64,000 nucleotides of DNA from Antedon mediterranea (lineage: Eukaryota; Animalia; Echinodermata), in the NCBI RefSeq assembly GCF_964355755.1, contig NC_092676.1, positions 27,856,871 to 27,920,870 on the forward strand, in the 5' to 3' direction. The position numbers and the translations under genes were made by a program. The notes below the pieces were generated by a model. It saw nothing but the letters and a program-made list of their open reading frames with translations, ran no database searches and was not told the DNA's origin. Numbering within the stretch: the stretch's first letter is position 1; each line of letters starts with the position of its first letter. Shown here in pieces: positions 1 to 15,500 of this stretch.

Positions 1-535
1 AAATAAGATATGTTCGAGTTGATGTCAAATTCTTAACTAATATTGTCAAACAGCGAGCTAAAACTAGTCCATTTTGCCTGAAACCACACACACGATAATG
101 TCAGACTCGCTGACTTCTGATTTAACTACAGCAACAAATAACCCTTCAAGTACGTACTTGTCACCAAACATGAATTAAAAATGAAAAACTCACTCTAAAG
201 ATAAAATAATTGTAGCAGTTTTCCGGGTTTTAGTTGCGAACTTATTTAACTGCAGCACTAATTTAATTAGGTTATAATGTTTAAACAATTTGAAGAAATT
301 GCAGTTTATTGATTAAGAAAATGTTGATTAACTAGGGGCGGATCCAGGATTTTTTAAACGAAGGAGCTCCAACAAATAGTATGTCTGACAAAAATAGATA
401 TAAAAAGTAGTTTATAATCTCATTTTAGCTTTCAAAAAAAGGGAAAAGCTCATTATTTATTGAGCACAACACGTAATTTCTACTACTAGTAATAGTCGAG
501 TAAAGCAGAATTTTTGTTTTTATTTTTTCATTCAG

Positions 536-3500
536 CATCGAAAGTTAGAAGCTCAAGCCTACAAAACACCGGTAGCATACCTCTTCTCACCTGTTGTTAT
601 ATCATGGATTTTATTCTTTTTTGCGATATCTTTGTCCGACTACGAACAGCAGTCGTCACTCCCAACGGTAAGATAATTATTTAGTAAAAAGTTTAATACT
701 CAAGTTTAACATTCACGTCGTTTTTGTTGATATTGTGACTTGTTTTCTTACTTTTTTTCTTATTTTTTTTGTTATCACTTACTTACGCACTATCCAGGAA
801 CTTACAAGGATTTTAAAAGTATAAGAGATCATTATGTGAACAGTTGGGGATTTGTCGTTGACGTGTTAGCCGTACTACCACTTGACCTTATCTGTTTATA
901 CACGCAAGATACAGACGACAGAACGATAGCTCTCTACAGATTACGTCTCAATCGACTAGTCAAATATTGGAGAGTAAGTTTCGTTTCCAAGTACATTTTT
1001 TTTGTATTTTATCTTTTCTGATTTGAAAATTTGAAATTTCTATAACCAAAGCATGCAGTGTGTTCTTTTGGTAACAAATAATGCAATGTATTTCATTGCA
1101 CAAGTTTAATATCACAAGAGGGCGCCATATGCCAGCAAAGAAAATTATAATTTTTTTACTAATTTTATATCAATTAATCCACTTATTGTAATATGTGTTT
1201 TAAACTTTTGTTTGTAAGTAAATCCAGAATAATCACTTTTTTAATTTTTCTATTTTTAGATACTTGATTATTTTAAGAACTTGGAGAAAGATTTAAATGT
1301 CAAAATCGGCACCATTCGTGTGTTCAAATTTGTGATAAACATCTCTTTACTGTCCCATTGGAGTGCTTGCTTCTGGTATATTGTCGCCTGCATTACAGGA
1401 ATGTAAGTATACATTTATTTAATTACGTTTTGACTTTCTTAAGCTCTGTCCACACTATCAAACTAGTTTGACAAAAAAAGTGTGATGTGCCCAAATATGG
1501 TACTGATTTTTGAAAATGGTACTGATATTCCCAAATATCGTAATGATATGACATCATCATGTCCATATATGGACACACATTTTGTTGTCATATAAAATTT
1601 GATAGTGTAAACAGAGCTTTAGGATTTCTGTCATATCCAATCAAAATACCTTGAATCCATGTTTTTGGCATTCAATATGAAGTTTTAAAAAAAAATGGTA
1701 TTGTGAAGGACTTAAACCCTGACAGTGACACCCTGGCAGTGACACCCTGGATATGTAGGCAAATATTTTAACCACCAAGCTACAGTTCCACTATTAAAGA
1801 TCTATGCTTAAAATCAAAGAATGCATTTACTTTACTAAAAATTGTCAATTGTGGATTTGCCATCTGGGAGCATAAATTATTGAAACTATAAACTTTTTTT
1901 TTATTCAAATGATGTATAAACATTTCTTTTTACTAAAAATTGTCATTTGTGGATTTGCCATCTTGAAGCATAAATTAGTAAAACTATCAATTTTTTTTAT
2001 TATTCAAGTGATGTATAAACATTTATTTTTGTATGTGCTTTGAATATTAAATTTGAGCATCTGGCAATATTATCAATGAAATTGTTTAGTACAAGTGCTA
2101 TGTAGTCATACACAGGTACAGTATACACACAGAAGGCAGGATTTTAACTCAGCTACCTCTTTAACCAGTAGATCACAGTTGCAAATCCTGTCATTTTAAC
2201 AATTTACATATTTGGTTTATTTATAAGATATATTACAAACACATATACATAAAATAAACGACACTGGTCGCTTGTAAATGAATTAATGGCAGGTTGCGAT
2301 CCTTTTATAACCATTAAGTGAGGAGTCTGACTGGCGATGAACTCAACCGTCACTGACACTAATTACTCAGAGCTCGTCACTTAAAAATAGAAAACAATAA
2401 TCACTAAAGGAATTCATTATCACTGCTATTTTCTAATCAAAACAATGTTAATTGAAGCCACAAGAAATAAAGTTATTCGGTTTTCGCAAGAAAAGGGAAC
2501 AATTTCTGTTCAAGTCACTGGATTGTCAAAGGCCTCTGTGAAAAAGTGGTCACATTGAAACTTACCAACTGTACTAGTGGCTAAGGCTTTGTAAAGGCAT
2601 CAGTTAAAGATGTTTAAAGTTAGGGTAGAATGAAGTGTGGAGAGGGGGTGGTTGTGATCAATTTTGGAGAAGAAGGGAGGGAGTGCGCATCCTCCTCCTT
2701 TGAGCTAATCAAAACCATGTTAAAGCCACGAGAAATAAAGCGGTGCATTTTTCCGCAAGAAAATGGAATAATCTCGGTTCAAGCCACTGGGTTATCAAAG
2801 GCCTCTGTGAACAAGTGGTAAACTATGAGCGCTCACTGGCTAAATCCAGGGGGCCCTGGATCTTATGGGAGCCTCTGAGCAGTGTCCAGAGGAAAAAGAG
2901 GTATTAAAATATGTCAAAAAAGGCTAGAAACACCCGAGGCATGTAGCGTTGGAGCCACTTGCTATTCCTAAGCCAGGGGCCTCAGTGCATTACGCCACTG
3001 CTTGGAAAAGTCTATCCCTCCACACAACCACGTTGTTTATCTCAAAGCAGTAGTTTAATATTCAGCTAGATTTCCACTGATCATTTATAAGTAGATTCTT
3101 GATATTATCAGTATTATTATCATAATATCTGATCATTTTAACACCCTCTTCACTTAGTTATCATCAGTATCATAATGATAACCACCAAAGGATTTTGCAC
3201 TTATCAATCAGGCTAGAGTTACTGTTAGAGATAGCAAAAGAAAATTAAATTATCCAATTACGTTGATTAATCTAACTGTAAAATATATACCAGCGTATCC
3301 ATTAGCTGGCCTGGTACTGTGTGGGTTTTTTAAACAAATTCATCAATTATTTCATCAAATAATAGATAATTTAATCAATAAATTAGGAAAGTTAATCAGC
3401 CATGCGTATAACTGTAACATTATTCTAATACTGTTTCAGTTTGGTTATAAATATCTTGATTTGAATATTTTAAAACATTAATAATGATAAAAATAAATAA

Positions 3501-6500
3501 AATCGTCAATGAAATTGATAAGTTCAAAAAAAATATATCAATTAAATTTTCTTTTTATTGAATTTTATTGTTGAAAATGATCCAAGTAGAACTTGTAATG
3601 GTAGGTGATAATTTTATGTATAGTTATGAAAGCATTAATATGAATTTAGGTAATAATAATATTTATAATAAAAACATTGTATAATATTAATAATAATTTA
3701 TTATTATATTAAAATCAATAGTTGTATAATAGGGTGGGTAGAAACTTATAGGTATGACATTGACAAGGTCATAACATTTGAGCAGACACGCAGCAACAGA
3801 GGTATGGAAGGCTAAAGAGGTAATAATGAAGTTCAAAAAAAATATATCAATTAAATTTTCTTTTTATTGAATTTTATTGTTGAAAATGATCCAAGTAGAA
3901 CTTGTAATGGTAGGTGATAATTTTATGTATAGTTATGAAAGCATTAATATGAATTTAGGTAATAATAATATTTATAATAAAAACATTGTATAATATTAAT
4001 AATAATTTATTATTATATTAAAATCAATAGTTGTATAATAGGGTGGGTAGAAACTTATAGGTATGACATTGACAAGGTCATAACATTTGAGCAGACACAC
4101 AGCAACAGAGGTATGGAAGGCTAAAGAGGTAATAATGAAGATGAATAAAAACTTTGGGTTCTCCTCTCCTCATCAAACTGACCAACATTATTAGGAAAAG
4201 AACTTATTCGCTTGTTGCCCTCTACCAAGTCTGTCGTCAAGCACTAGAAATACAGTAGAAGTAAATGCATGCATCAACACTCTAGATGCAATCAACTCTG
4301 AAAGCTGAAAGCTTATAATGTAATCTGGTGTCTTGTCTGATATTATGATACTTTAAAAAATAATCGAAAAAAAAAAAGTTAACACACATTTTAAATAGTC
4401 AAGTAAAAAAGTCTGGTCACAACATTCTCAAAAAGCATTACAAAAAAAAATCAACTGTAAATTATCACATTACATGGGCGAGATATTTAAATAGTTATTC
4501 ACAAGAAAGTTATTACGATTTAAAATACATGAAATATTTTGATAGGACATGTAATACAGCTGTGCTGCTGAAGTTGTCAATGTCAAGCATCTATAAGGAT
4601 GTGCTTATGTTCGCTTATAATCCACAAGCAATTTTTAAATTCATGTTTTCCTAGATTTTTGTAACCACAGTCATATAATAATTATTAAAATGGATTCACA
4701 CATGTTTGATTTTTGACATGATCAAAGTTTAAACACATTTATTCTCAATGCAAACGCCGCATTATATGAGTTTTTGGTGAAATCAAATAATGTTTATTCT
4801 CTCATTGGTTGATTAAAATAGCTTTAATACTTTAATTAATTAATTTTTGTTTTAAAGGTGTCGAAAGGATTTGTGTCCATCTTCCGATGGTCTACAGTTT
4901 GTTTTAACTGACCCGGGCGACAGGTTTGGCAAATTTTCTTACAGGATTGATGTGTTTGCATGATTCACGTTTGGTACACCTCTTAACTTACAGTACACCT
5001 TGGTACAGTTGCATGATTTTTTTTTATCGTAGACTTAGCACCATAATACGCCCTTTTGTTAATTATATAATATATATAGAATTTTGTATGTGTACTACAG
5101 TATATATATTATGTATGTTGCGCTAAGCTAAAGAAGAGATAATGATTAGAAATTCAATGTATTTTCTAATACTGTAAAAATGATCAAACTCAGTTGGACA
5201 AACCCTGTAGTTAACTATTGTCTATAAGGACTTACTGTAGGACTACTATATACACTATTAAACTGTGGACATGCTCAACAAGCACCATACTGTAGGAGGT
5301 TACAACTTTACTAGGAACGCTAAATTGATTTTGATTTGAACATGAAATTCACTTAAATACTAAAATTATAAACCCTGCATCCATACACGCTAAGTTGACT
5401 ATTACTACGAGAGCATATCATTTATGGTACAGTAATCCACTGTCACGTTATGTACTAGATCTCCTTCAACTTTCTAACCTATATCTGCACCCCGACAGCA
5501 CGCCACAGGGACAGTATCATTACACATAGTGCATGCACTTCATTTCATTCCTAATTTCGGCAGCTGTACTGTAGGTATAATACCATGTTATTCTGCGATA
5601 TATTGTTCAATGTTACATTAGTTTACCCTAGGCCACAGATTCTAGGAGTTAATACTCTTTTATCTATGCTATCATTTGAGATGTGCATACATAAGTATCT
5701 ATAAATATATAGCATAGATCACATTTTAAGCTCTGTCTACACTATCAAACTTTATGTGACAAAAAATGTGAGGTGCCCATATATGAACATGATGATGTCA
5801 TATCACTACCATGTTTGGGCATATTGGGGCACATCACACTTTTTTTTATCATCAAACTAGTTTGATAGTTTAGACAGAGCTTTAGACTAAAAATGTGTTA
5901 CATTTCTGTCAGTCGCTAGAGCCCAATTTTTGAATGAGTAGAAGAAAAAAAAGTGCTATCTACACTTGAGGATTGCTCCTACCTTCAAGAAATTGATCAT
6001 ATATCATGATATTAAATTTACAACGCATATAGCATAAAGAGATAACATGTTAGAGGCATGGGTTGTAGACCATTCTCTGTGTCAGTGTATCCTTAAACAC
6101 TTTACTCCATCATTGTTGCCCCATCCTTCACATGGGCCCTCTGGTCAAACAGTCTTTACTGAAAAAGTCATTTAACATAAAGAACAAATAAATAATTAAG
6201 GTGAAAGTATTATAGAAAATGAATGGTTTTGTTTTTTTGTTTACAACAAACACAATTATGCACAAATAGCATTGTGTTGCACTTGTGGTACATTTCACTG
6301 TAGAATACTGATATTGCCATACAGACTACATATTACATTATCATTGTACAAACTCCCAAGGCCAACGCTATCAATGTGTGTTTATAACCTACTTTTATAA
6401 CAATGCATTCTCATTATGTTATAAATTAAACCAGGCTTTCTAATGCGTTGATGTTTTTTTTAAGATTTCATTACTCTTACCAGTTAGTGAATAGTCTCAA

Positions 6501-9500
6501 AACGAATCCCAATTCTTAGGACCATGATTATCAAAAATCTAAAGCTCTGTCACTATCAAACTAGTTTGACAAAAAAGTGTGATGTCCCCAAATATGATAG
6601 TGATATGCCCAAATATGGTAGTGATATGTCATCATCATGTCCATATATGAGCACATCATATTTTTGTTGTCAAACTAGTTTGATAGTGTAGACAGAGCTT
6701 AAGACTTGCTAGTTAGGCAATTGAGAACACTTGTAGCTTTAAGTTTTTGTGGTAAATTTTAAAATTGTATTTTCTACTGGTCCATAAAATCTGTATCGCT
6801 TAAGTTCTGTCTACACTATAAAACTAGTTTGACAAAAAGGTGTGATGTGCCCAAATATAATAGTGATATGCCCAAACATTGTAGTGATATGACATCATCA
6901 TGTCCATATATGGGCACATCATATTTTGTCACATACTTTGATAGTGTAGACAGAGCTTGGTTAAGCAATTGAGAGTGCTTGTAGCTTAAATTTTTTTAAA
7001 TTTGTATTTCCAACTGGTCCATAAAATCTGTAACGCCTATTCTTAAAAAAATAGATGTAATAAATTCTCTACTTGAAAAAAATTGAGCATTTTAAAAATT
7101 GAAATGAAAGCATTTCTTTATATAATGTACCCTTTGAGAGAACAGTCTTGAAGAGGTCAACTAGTATAAAGCAACATAAATATACAATAAACTGAATAAC
7201 ATTTGTACAGTTTGCGTTATAAATAATATCACATTAATAGCTATTTATCTGCGAAGCTTGAAGGCCAGTACTAATTGCAAGAATTTCAAATTGGGATTTA
7301 TTGCACTTTTTGAGAAAATCTGTAGAAAATATATTATAAATGATAATAAACGTTGTTATGTTAGAATGGTGGCAGGTTTGGTTGAAAGTAGGTCTTTTTA
7401 GAATACTTAATGATCAAATGCATAAAGCTAAATTGAATTTAAGAAAATATGTATTATTCAATTATTGTAATGAGACTCAAAGTAACATACAGCGCACACA
7501 AACCTATCGAATTGGTTTTATTCCAACTTTTTGTAGCTTGATTAACTCTGTTTATTATTACTATCGGTAAATGCTGCAGAATGCACATATTATAGTTACA
7601 TGTTATATGTGTACTAAGTACCAACAAGCCCACTTAGGTTTGGGTTGACCCACTGTGGGATCGTAAACACAGTAAAAAAAATATATTATTTAAGTTACCT
7701 TTCTATGATCCATCTTTGAAGGTAATATTTACTGAAGCTTTGTCTCCACTATCAAACTTTATGTGACAAAAAAATGCGATGTGCCCATATATGGACACGA
7801 TGATGTCATATCACTACCATATTTGGGCACATCACACTTTTTTTGTCAAACTAGTTTGATAGTGTAGACAGAGCTTAAGAGACAATCAGTAACTTAAAGA
7901 TGTATTATTATATAATCGAATATGTTAATGTTTATTTAAATAATCTATTGTATTCTAAATAACATGTATGGAGAAAGTGAGAAACACTTTTTGACATTTG
8001 GCCACGCTTCTCTTTTGTGCATATCTATTTACCTTGTAGATGGGAACTGAGGAATGACTAATGAAGCATTATTGTAATAATTATCAAGTCAATGTGTTCA
8101 TTTGCAATCTTGTTTAGAGATCAATCAGCTGCACTTTTGATTGGTTCGTTTACCTTGTGATACTGCGACTCCATCCTCCACAATTAAAATCACCTGGGGA
8201 AAACTCAATTCAGCTTCCTTAACATTTTGAAAACACTGCTGGAATCATTTTTCTATGATTCTATTCCAAATGGATTATCAATTTGTTATAATTTTTATAA
8301 TGCTGTTATCATTATCTCTATCATTCAACTGTTTTTTGATATTATCATAAATGTTGTCATTTTCATCCATTTAACCATCATTAAAAATCATCCTCATTAA
8401 CACCATTGTCATTTTCGTTACTTTAACCATCTTAATCATCATCATTAATATCAATATTGTCATTTTTATCATTTTATCATCAACCATCATTATCAATTTT
8501 ATCATTATGTTCTTGATCATCATTATTATAAATATTGTCCTTTACATCATTTTAAGCCTTATCAAGTATGCTTACTTTACATACTATTGTTCTATCACAG
8601 TTAGAGGTAATAAAAAAGAATTTATGAAAAAACTTGTTCACCAGAAAGGTGTTCTTCAACCAGGCTGTATATCATTGTAACACAAAGTATTGAAATAAAA
8701 ATTAAAATCAAGGTTGAAATTAAAAAAAAAAAAAAATATATAAAGTTTAATAGTAAATTAGACAAACAACAACAACACAAGGACACATTTTTGTTAAAAA
8801 ATTACAAATTGTCTTTAAATATTTATCAATTACTATCATAAGTCATCATTATCAATATTACCATTATCTTAATCATCAATATCCTTGTTATTATTGCTAT
8901 TATCAGTTCAATCTCACCCTTTCCTACTATCATACATTGCCATCATCAACATCAAGGACATTGTGTTTACTTCTCATACATGCAATTCCCTAAATTCTAA
9001 GCACTAGAAAATAGTGTGAAAATATCGATGTATACATCTAAAGACTAAGTGTACGACGCTGTCAAAGTAAACGTTGAACTGGAACATGGCTCTTTGATAC
9101 TTTGAACTACGACAGTCAATCTATAAGAAAAACGAGACGAATATTGACGTACGTATGGCTGTATGTTGAATTAAACACCACAAACATTCAATCAAATAAC
9201 AACTTGTGCCAACATGCCACTTTGAATTTGTTAAATTTACAAATAATTTATAGCGTTTAAAAGGACAGCCTCTATTTGGGTTTAAAGCTGTATCTACACT
9301 ATCAAATTTTATTTGACAAAAAAAATGTGATGTGCTCATATATGGACATGTTGATTTGGGCACATCACTACTATATTTGGGCACATCACAATTTTTTGTC
9401 AAACTAGTTTGATAGTGTAGACAGAGCTTAAATAATATATAATAAATTTAGTTTAAAAATAAATTGGTTGATGATATCACTTTAATTTCTTTTAACGATG

Positions 9501-12500
9501 TTTATATTAAATGTTTGTTATTCCAATTTTTGTTTACAGACTGTATTCTCTAAATCTTATTTAGTATTTTTTAAAGGTTCTTGCATTGTGTATATTTTCG
9601 ATTTTTAAAACATTTTTTAAAAACCTTTATCCTATGTAAGCAACTCATTATATATGCCTTTGGGTACATCTCATAAAGTTTTATAATGTAGACAGAGCTT
9701 ATGATAATAATATAGAAACTTTGAATAGTTAGTTAAGACAATAAGGGTTTTACTTACAAAATCATTTGAAGTGAAAAGAATGTTGAGTCTTATTATTGAC
9801 ATTTAGAAATAAAAGTCTGAAAATCGTGGCTCATCTTACAAATTCTAGTGACAGGAATTGACATAGAAAATGAATAGGTGGGTAGTTTGAGTGAATGTCA
9901 TAAGAGCAAGCCAGTGGATTAGTATGTTATTGATTAAGAACGGTTGAAGATTTCAGTAAAAGGCAACAGTTTAGATTGACGTTGAGGTTTGAGCCAACAA
10001 GAAACAGTGTATTAACATTTTACGTCCTAAAGCTCTGTCTACACTATCAAGCTAGTTTGACAAAAGATGTGCCCATTATGGGAGTGATACTGTGCCCAAA
10101 TATGGTATGATATCATCATGTCCATGGGCACATCGCATTTTTCACAGTTTTGATAGTTTAGCCTTACAGAATTTTAAACTTTTTATTTGCACCTATTGAT
10201 TATAATATTGGTTTTTTTTTATTATTAGATGTATGGTAGTAGTAATATTGCATGGTTTTTGTGGTCTTTTAATATGCTTGTTTTGCTGTGTACTTTGCTG
10301 TTGAATTTAATTAGTTTGTAGCACTAATTATCACAGACCTTTTGTTGTCTCTTATTGGATGAACCCAATGTTTGTACTTTAATGTATTTTTTTTCTAGTA
10401 GCACTTTTTATATACTTTAGTCCTTATTTACATTCTTCTCTTCTGTTCTTTATTGTGTACTTTATTGAAAATTAAAGAGGACCCCTGAAAATCAACATCT
10501 CAGTGTAATAAAAAAAATATTGCCTTTTCTATCAATTGTTAACCAAAGATAATCAACTGTACCCATCCTCAACAGGGGTTTCCTAAATTAAATATTTTAA
10601 AAAGGAACCAACTCAAAACATGTATTGCATATATTTAAATGTATATTTGCTTGTTTCATATATTTTCCACATATTCAACAAAAAAGAACAGATATTTATA
10701 CTTTTGAAAAAAAATAATTTATCTTGTTTCTTTTTTTCTATAGTTGCAATGAAGGTACCTGGGTTGATCAAGTCAATGCAACATCGCCATTTGAGGAGTA
10801 TGTGAGCGCCCTTTATTGGGCTGCAGCGACGATGACCAGTACAGGTTATGGAGACATCAGCGCCCACACCACCGTGGCGCGATTCATCTCCGTTGTTGCA
10901 ATGCTTGTTGGATTGCTTTTATATGGTTACTGTCTGTCATCAATTGCTGCAACACTAGCCAATTCTGATGCTCCAAGGTAGTGTATTTTAAATAATTTGA
11001 ATAATTATGCAAATTATTATGCAAATCAGATACGACTACAGTTTAGTTGCAATATAAACATTGCTTTTAATATATTATGACATTTCTGGTTTTTAATGGA
11101 GAAATTTTAAATTAAAAAAAACTAATTTAATTAAAAAAGAAAATATAGATTTTACTGAATCAATTTTTAGTATATATTTTTTTTACTATTCGATTTTTGA
11201 ATTAATATTATATTAAGAAAATATTACATAATTTACTTGTATCGTGAAGTGTAATAGAGATATTCAGTTTAGTTCCATATTGAATTTGTATTTAAAAAAA
11301 TAGCAGATTGATCACGACGAAAGCCCTCTGGGAACGTGGAATCTGTTTCCGCGGATATAACGGCAAGCCTCCTGTACTTAAACCGCTTTATCGGTGCTGA
11401 ATGATAATCTAGTGCGACAAGCAATACGATTGTATCACAATATTTGGAGTGATTAGCGCGTTTGTGTCATCTCTCTTGATGTGTTGGTGTGTTCTTAACG
11501 CACCGTGGAATCTGTTTAAGTAGCTTACGCGTAATTGCTCTCTGTTGATTACTTTATTGTTTTAGGTTACTTAAAGCTACTCTTCTACTGCAAATGTGAG
11601 ATTAAATTAAATAAATGCAAACAACTACTATAATAGTATCTTCAGAGACAAGAATATTTGTGCAGTATTAATAGTAGTAGTAATTGTTTTATCGAAATTT
11701 TGGAAATAAAATTATGAAAATGTTTTATCACCTTTGTAATTATGACAATGATAACCATTTTGCTATTAATAAAACATTTTTATTAATTGATAAAACTAAA
11801 GTTCAGTCTATACTATTAAATTGTATGTGACAAAAAATGTGCCCATATATGGACATGATGATGTCATATCACTACCATAGTTGAGCATATCACTACCATA
11901 TTTGGGCACATCACATTTTTTGGTCAACTAGTTTGATAATGTAGACAGAGCTTAATAGATAGACAGAGCTTAATAGATAGTTTAGATACATAATGTTGAT
12001 TAAATGTACTCTTTATGACTTGTTACTATAGGGTTGGCTTTCAAGAGAAGCTTTTTGCTGTTCAAGAGTTCATGAAAGATCATGGTCTAAGCAACGATCT
12101 TACCAATCGTGTCATCAACTACCTTAGCCTGGTGTTCAGAAAACATCGGTATGTCAAATCTAATCTGACCATCCCTGGTCCAATGGTGTGGAACCCTTAA
12201 TAGCACACTCTTTTGTGTCCTTTTTAATTTTACTCTACATTTGGTTTTTTTTCCTAGAGGAGAAGCGATGCCTGGAGGGGAATTACTCATGCATGACATG
12301 CCCATACGACTTCAGCAAGATGTAGCTTTTGAAGATGCCAAAAACACCATTGGACAGGTATTATAATATAGTGGAATATTCCATTTCTGGTGACACACTA
12401 AAAACTTAATATGCAGTGGAATACTCCATTTCTGGTGACACACTAAAAACTTAAAATGCAGTGGATTACTCCATTTCTAGTGACACACTAAAAACTTAAA

Positions 12501-15500
12501 ATGCAGTGGAATACTCCATTTCTGGTGACACTAAAAACCACAAATGGAATACTCCATTTATGGTGACACAAAATTACAATACTGTTTTCAAAGTTTTGCA
12601 AACTTCTTAGAAATATCTATCTTTTCAACAATACTAATAGTGATAATTAATCCAAAGATATTATTTGCGACCTTAATTGCAGCATCAGTCTAAAAGCGAC
12701 GCGTAATTCTACTGCAACTGTGAATTACCTTTAGGCGATAATTTCAAGAACCGAGAAGTATGAAATTAAAAAGTGCAAATGTAATTCATCACATTCAGAT
12801 ATTTGTTAGAAAAGATAATTTACTAATTCGTTTGTTCACCATAATTTGTTTTGTATACATTTTGCGTAACGGATTCTATTTCTTATAGATTTAAATCCTC
12901 AGTGGCAAATGGAAATGCGATCCCCTAAGATTAAGAGAGTTCAGTCTTAAAAGATTGTGACTGTGTTCCCCCAAGGTTTACTAATCATAACAAGAGCAGA
13001 CAAAGATGAATTTGTTTACCAAAATATTAATAAAAACATAATTGACAAACTATTATTTTTATTCACAGAAGTACAGTATTTCTGGGTTTTTTGCCAGTTT
13101 CGTTTCGTTTATTTATTAGACCAGCATTAAATCAATAGAAATATATATATAAAAGAAAAAGATGAAAAAATGCTGGACAGGGCCAGGTTAAGCAAAATAC
13201 ATGTAACCCAAACAAGTCAGCTACCCCTAATTTCCTAAAAAATTAGTCTACAAATAAAATAAGAAAAAAGGAAAGAGTCGTGCAGGTTAGATTTAAAGTG
13301 AATGCAAAAAGGCATGCTATATACAGTGTGAAAAAACAATATTTTAGTTAACCCATAAATGTTTATACTACACAGTGTACACTGCCGTTGTTATACTGAA
13401 ACGACTCATAAGCTTCTCAGCTATAAAGATTGAAAATTGCACAGCAATTATTTTCATTATGCTCATATAGTAGCTATGTCTTATTTCATTGATTTTGCCA
13501 GGCATACCAAGATGCATAGTCTACGTTCCCTTGTGTACAATTTCTGTTAATATTATAATTATATGAGACATATTTGTGTAATGTCTAATCCATTGCTATA
13601 TAATATTATTCAATAGAATTTTGCGTTTATATTCAACAATGTTAATATAAATTAAAATTCAACTTTATTATGACAAATCATGACTTTTTAAACATATTTT
13701 TTTAAAGATCTGATAAGAGAGCGAGTGTTTGTGTAGTGTGCATTAAATTAATGCAGGATTGAATAGATTTATTATGCAACAAATGGATAGATGTTGCCTA
13801 GAGCAAAATTCACAGCGTTTGCAGAAAATAACTGAAAACTTTTGATATCGTTAATAAAAGCAAATCAGAATACTCGTGATAGAAAATCTATAATTTATAA
13901 TCATAATACAGCCAGCAGTAGCAAGAAATACCTTTATTAACTGTGTATTATATAAGAAATATTTGTGTATATTATGTATTTAATAATAAAAAGGAAAGAT
14001 TTTATATTAAAAGGGATATATCCTATAATTTTGCCTGACTTCTGAACTTTCTGAATATAAACTTTTAAGCTCTGTCTATACTATCAAACTTCTGGACCAA
14101 AAAAATGCCCATGGACACGATGATGTCATATCACTACCATATTTGAGCATATCACTACCATATTTGAGTATATCACTACCATATTTGAGCATATCACCTT
14201 TATTTCTTATCTATTTCAACGAACTATTTTAATATTTATGTATCTTTATTGACAGGTTCCATTGTTTCAAGACTGTGATGAGGCTTTTATACGGATGTTA
14301 GCCCTGCAGACACATGCATACCTGTTTACACCTGGTGACGTCATTGTCTATGAGGGGGATATGGGAAGAGAGATGTACTTTATAAGACGTGGCACTTGTG
14401 AAGTATGTAAATATTAATATTTAAATATCTCTACTCTTCCTCTCTCTTTGTTTCATCCTCATCTTCAATTTCTTCCCTCATCTTATTGTACATCTGTCAT
14501 CTTCTTTCTGCCTTCTTGTTTTGCCTCTTTTCTGATCCCCCTTCTTCTACATTGTTTCTGTTCTACCAATTCCTCTATCAACTACCCTAAGGGGTTATAG
14601 TCCAAATATTTCACCCCCCCCCCCCTTTACTTTAGCCAAAGAATGTTCATGTTTATGCTACCATTCCTCCTCAACATTAGAATGTAATTACTAATATATT
14701 TTAGTACCTCCAATATTTCAGTCCTCCATATCAAAACATTTATTTTTTATACAGCAACTAGAAATCTCAACCGGTGATTATGGATACGTATTATTAGGAA
14801 CAAATTTGAAATTTTGTGTGATAACCTATTATATGGCGTGAAATGCTACCATATTTTAAAATTAGGCTCAGCGATATTTAAGCTTTCATCTGTGAAGCTT
14901 GAAAGCGGCTATAGTAACTTTACCCTATCAGAAAATTGACGGTAATTATGTTGTACTCAGTGCAAAAGCAATTATTCTGTAATATTATTTTCACCATCAC
15001 TGCCTGCTTTCATCAATAGTTTGCACTAATAATATTATATTATTGAAAATACCAAAAGATATTAAAAAAAATATCCCAATTCTTAACATCTAGTTTAGTT
15101 CCTTTCCGTACCATGGAGACAAGGGCCGCTATTGTATGTTTTTTTTTTTTTAAGTAAATTGATTCAAATTGTTAGCCTGTGATAAACAACACAGACTGAA
15201 GTTCTTAAGCTCTGTCTACACTATCAAACTAGTTGGACAATAAAGTGTGATGTGGCCAAATATGGTAGTGATATGACATCATCATGTCAATATAATAGGC
15301 ACATCACATTTTTTTGTCACATAAAGTTTGATAGTGTAGACAGAGCTTTAGTTATATTAATTAATGAATATGTAAACGATAATTCTTTTCTATTAGATCA
15401 TGTCTAAGGACATGACTCGTGTTGTAAGCACCATAGGTCCGGGTCACTACTTTGGAGAGGTAGGACTGATCTTTGGTGATTATCGAACGGCTACCGTACG

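Noticed and set aside
1439-1621. MITE-A as a piggyBac (TTAA) element
   Set aside because: Flanks match as 3-bp TTA/TTA or TAA/TAA pairs and the termini are AGC, not CC(C/T), which fits PIF/Harbinger better.
2436-2821. 63-aa ORF at 2630-2821 as a gene or exon
   Set aside because: It overlaps a diverged local duplication (about 2436-2550 versus 2705-2820), has no recognisable domain, and does not fit the channel.
9121-9402. Short ORFs containing PKY(G/S)SD or HYHIW motifs, recurring across the window
   Set aside because: Chance translations of MITE-A, not a protein family.
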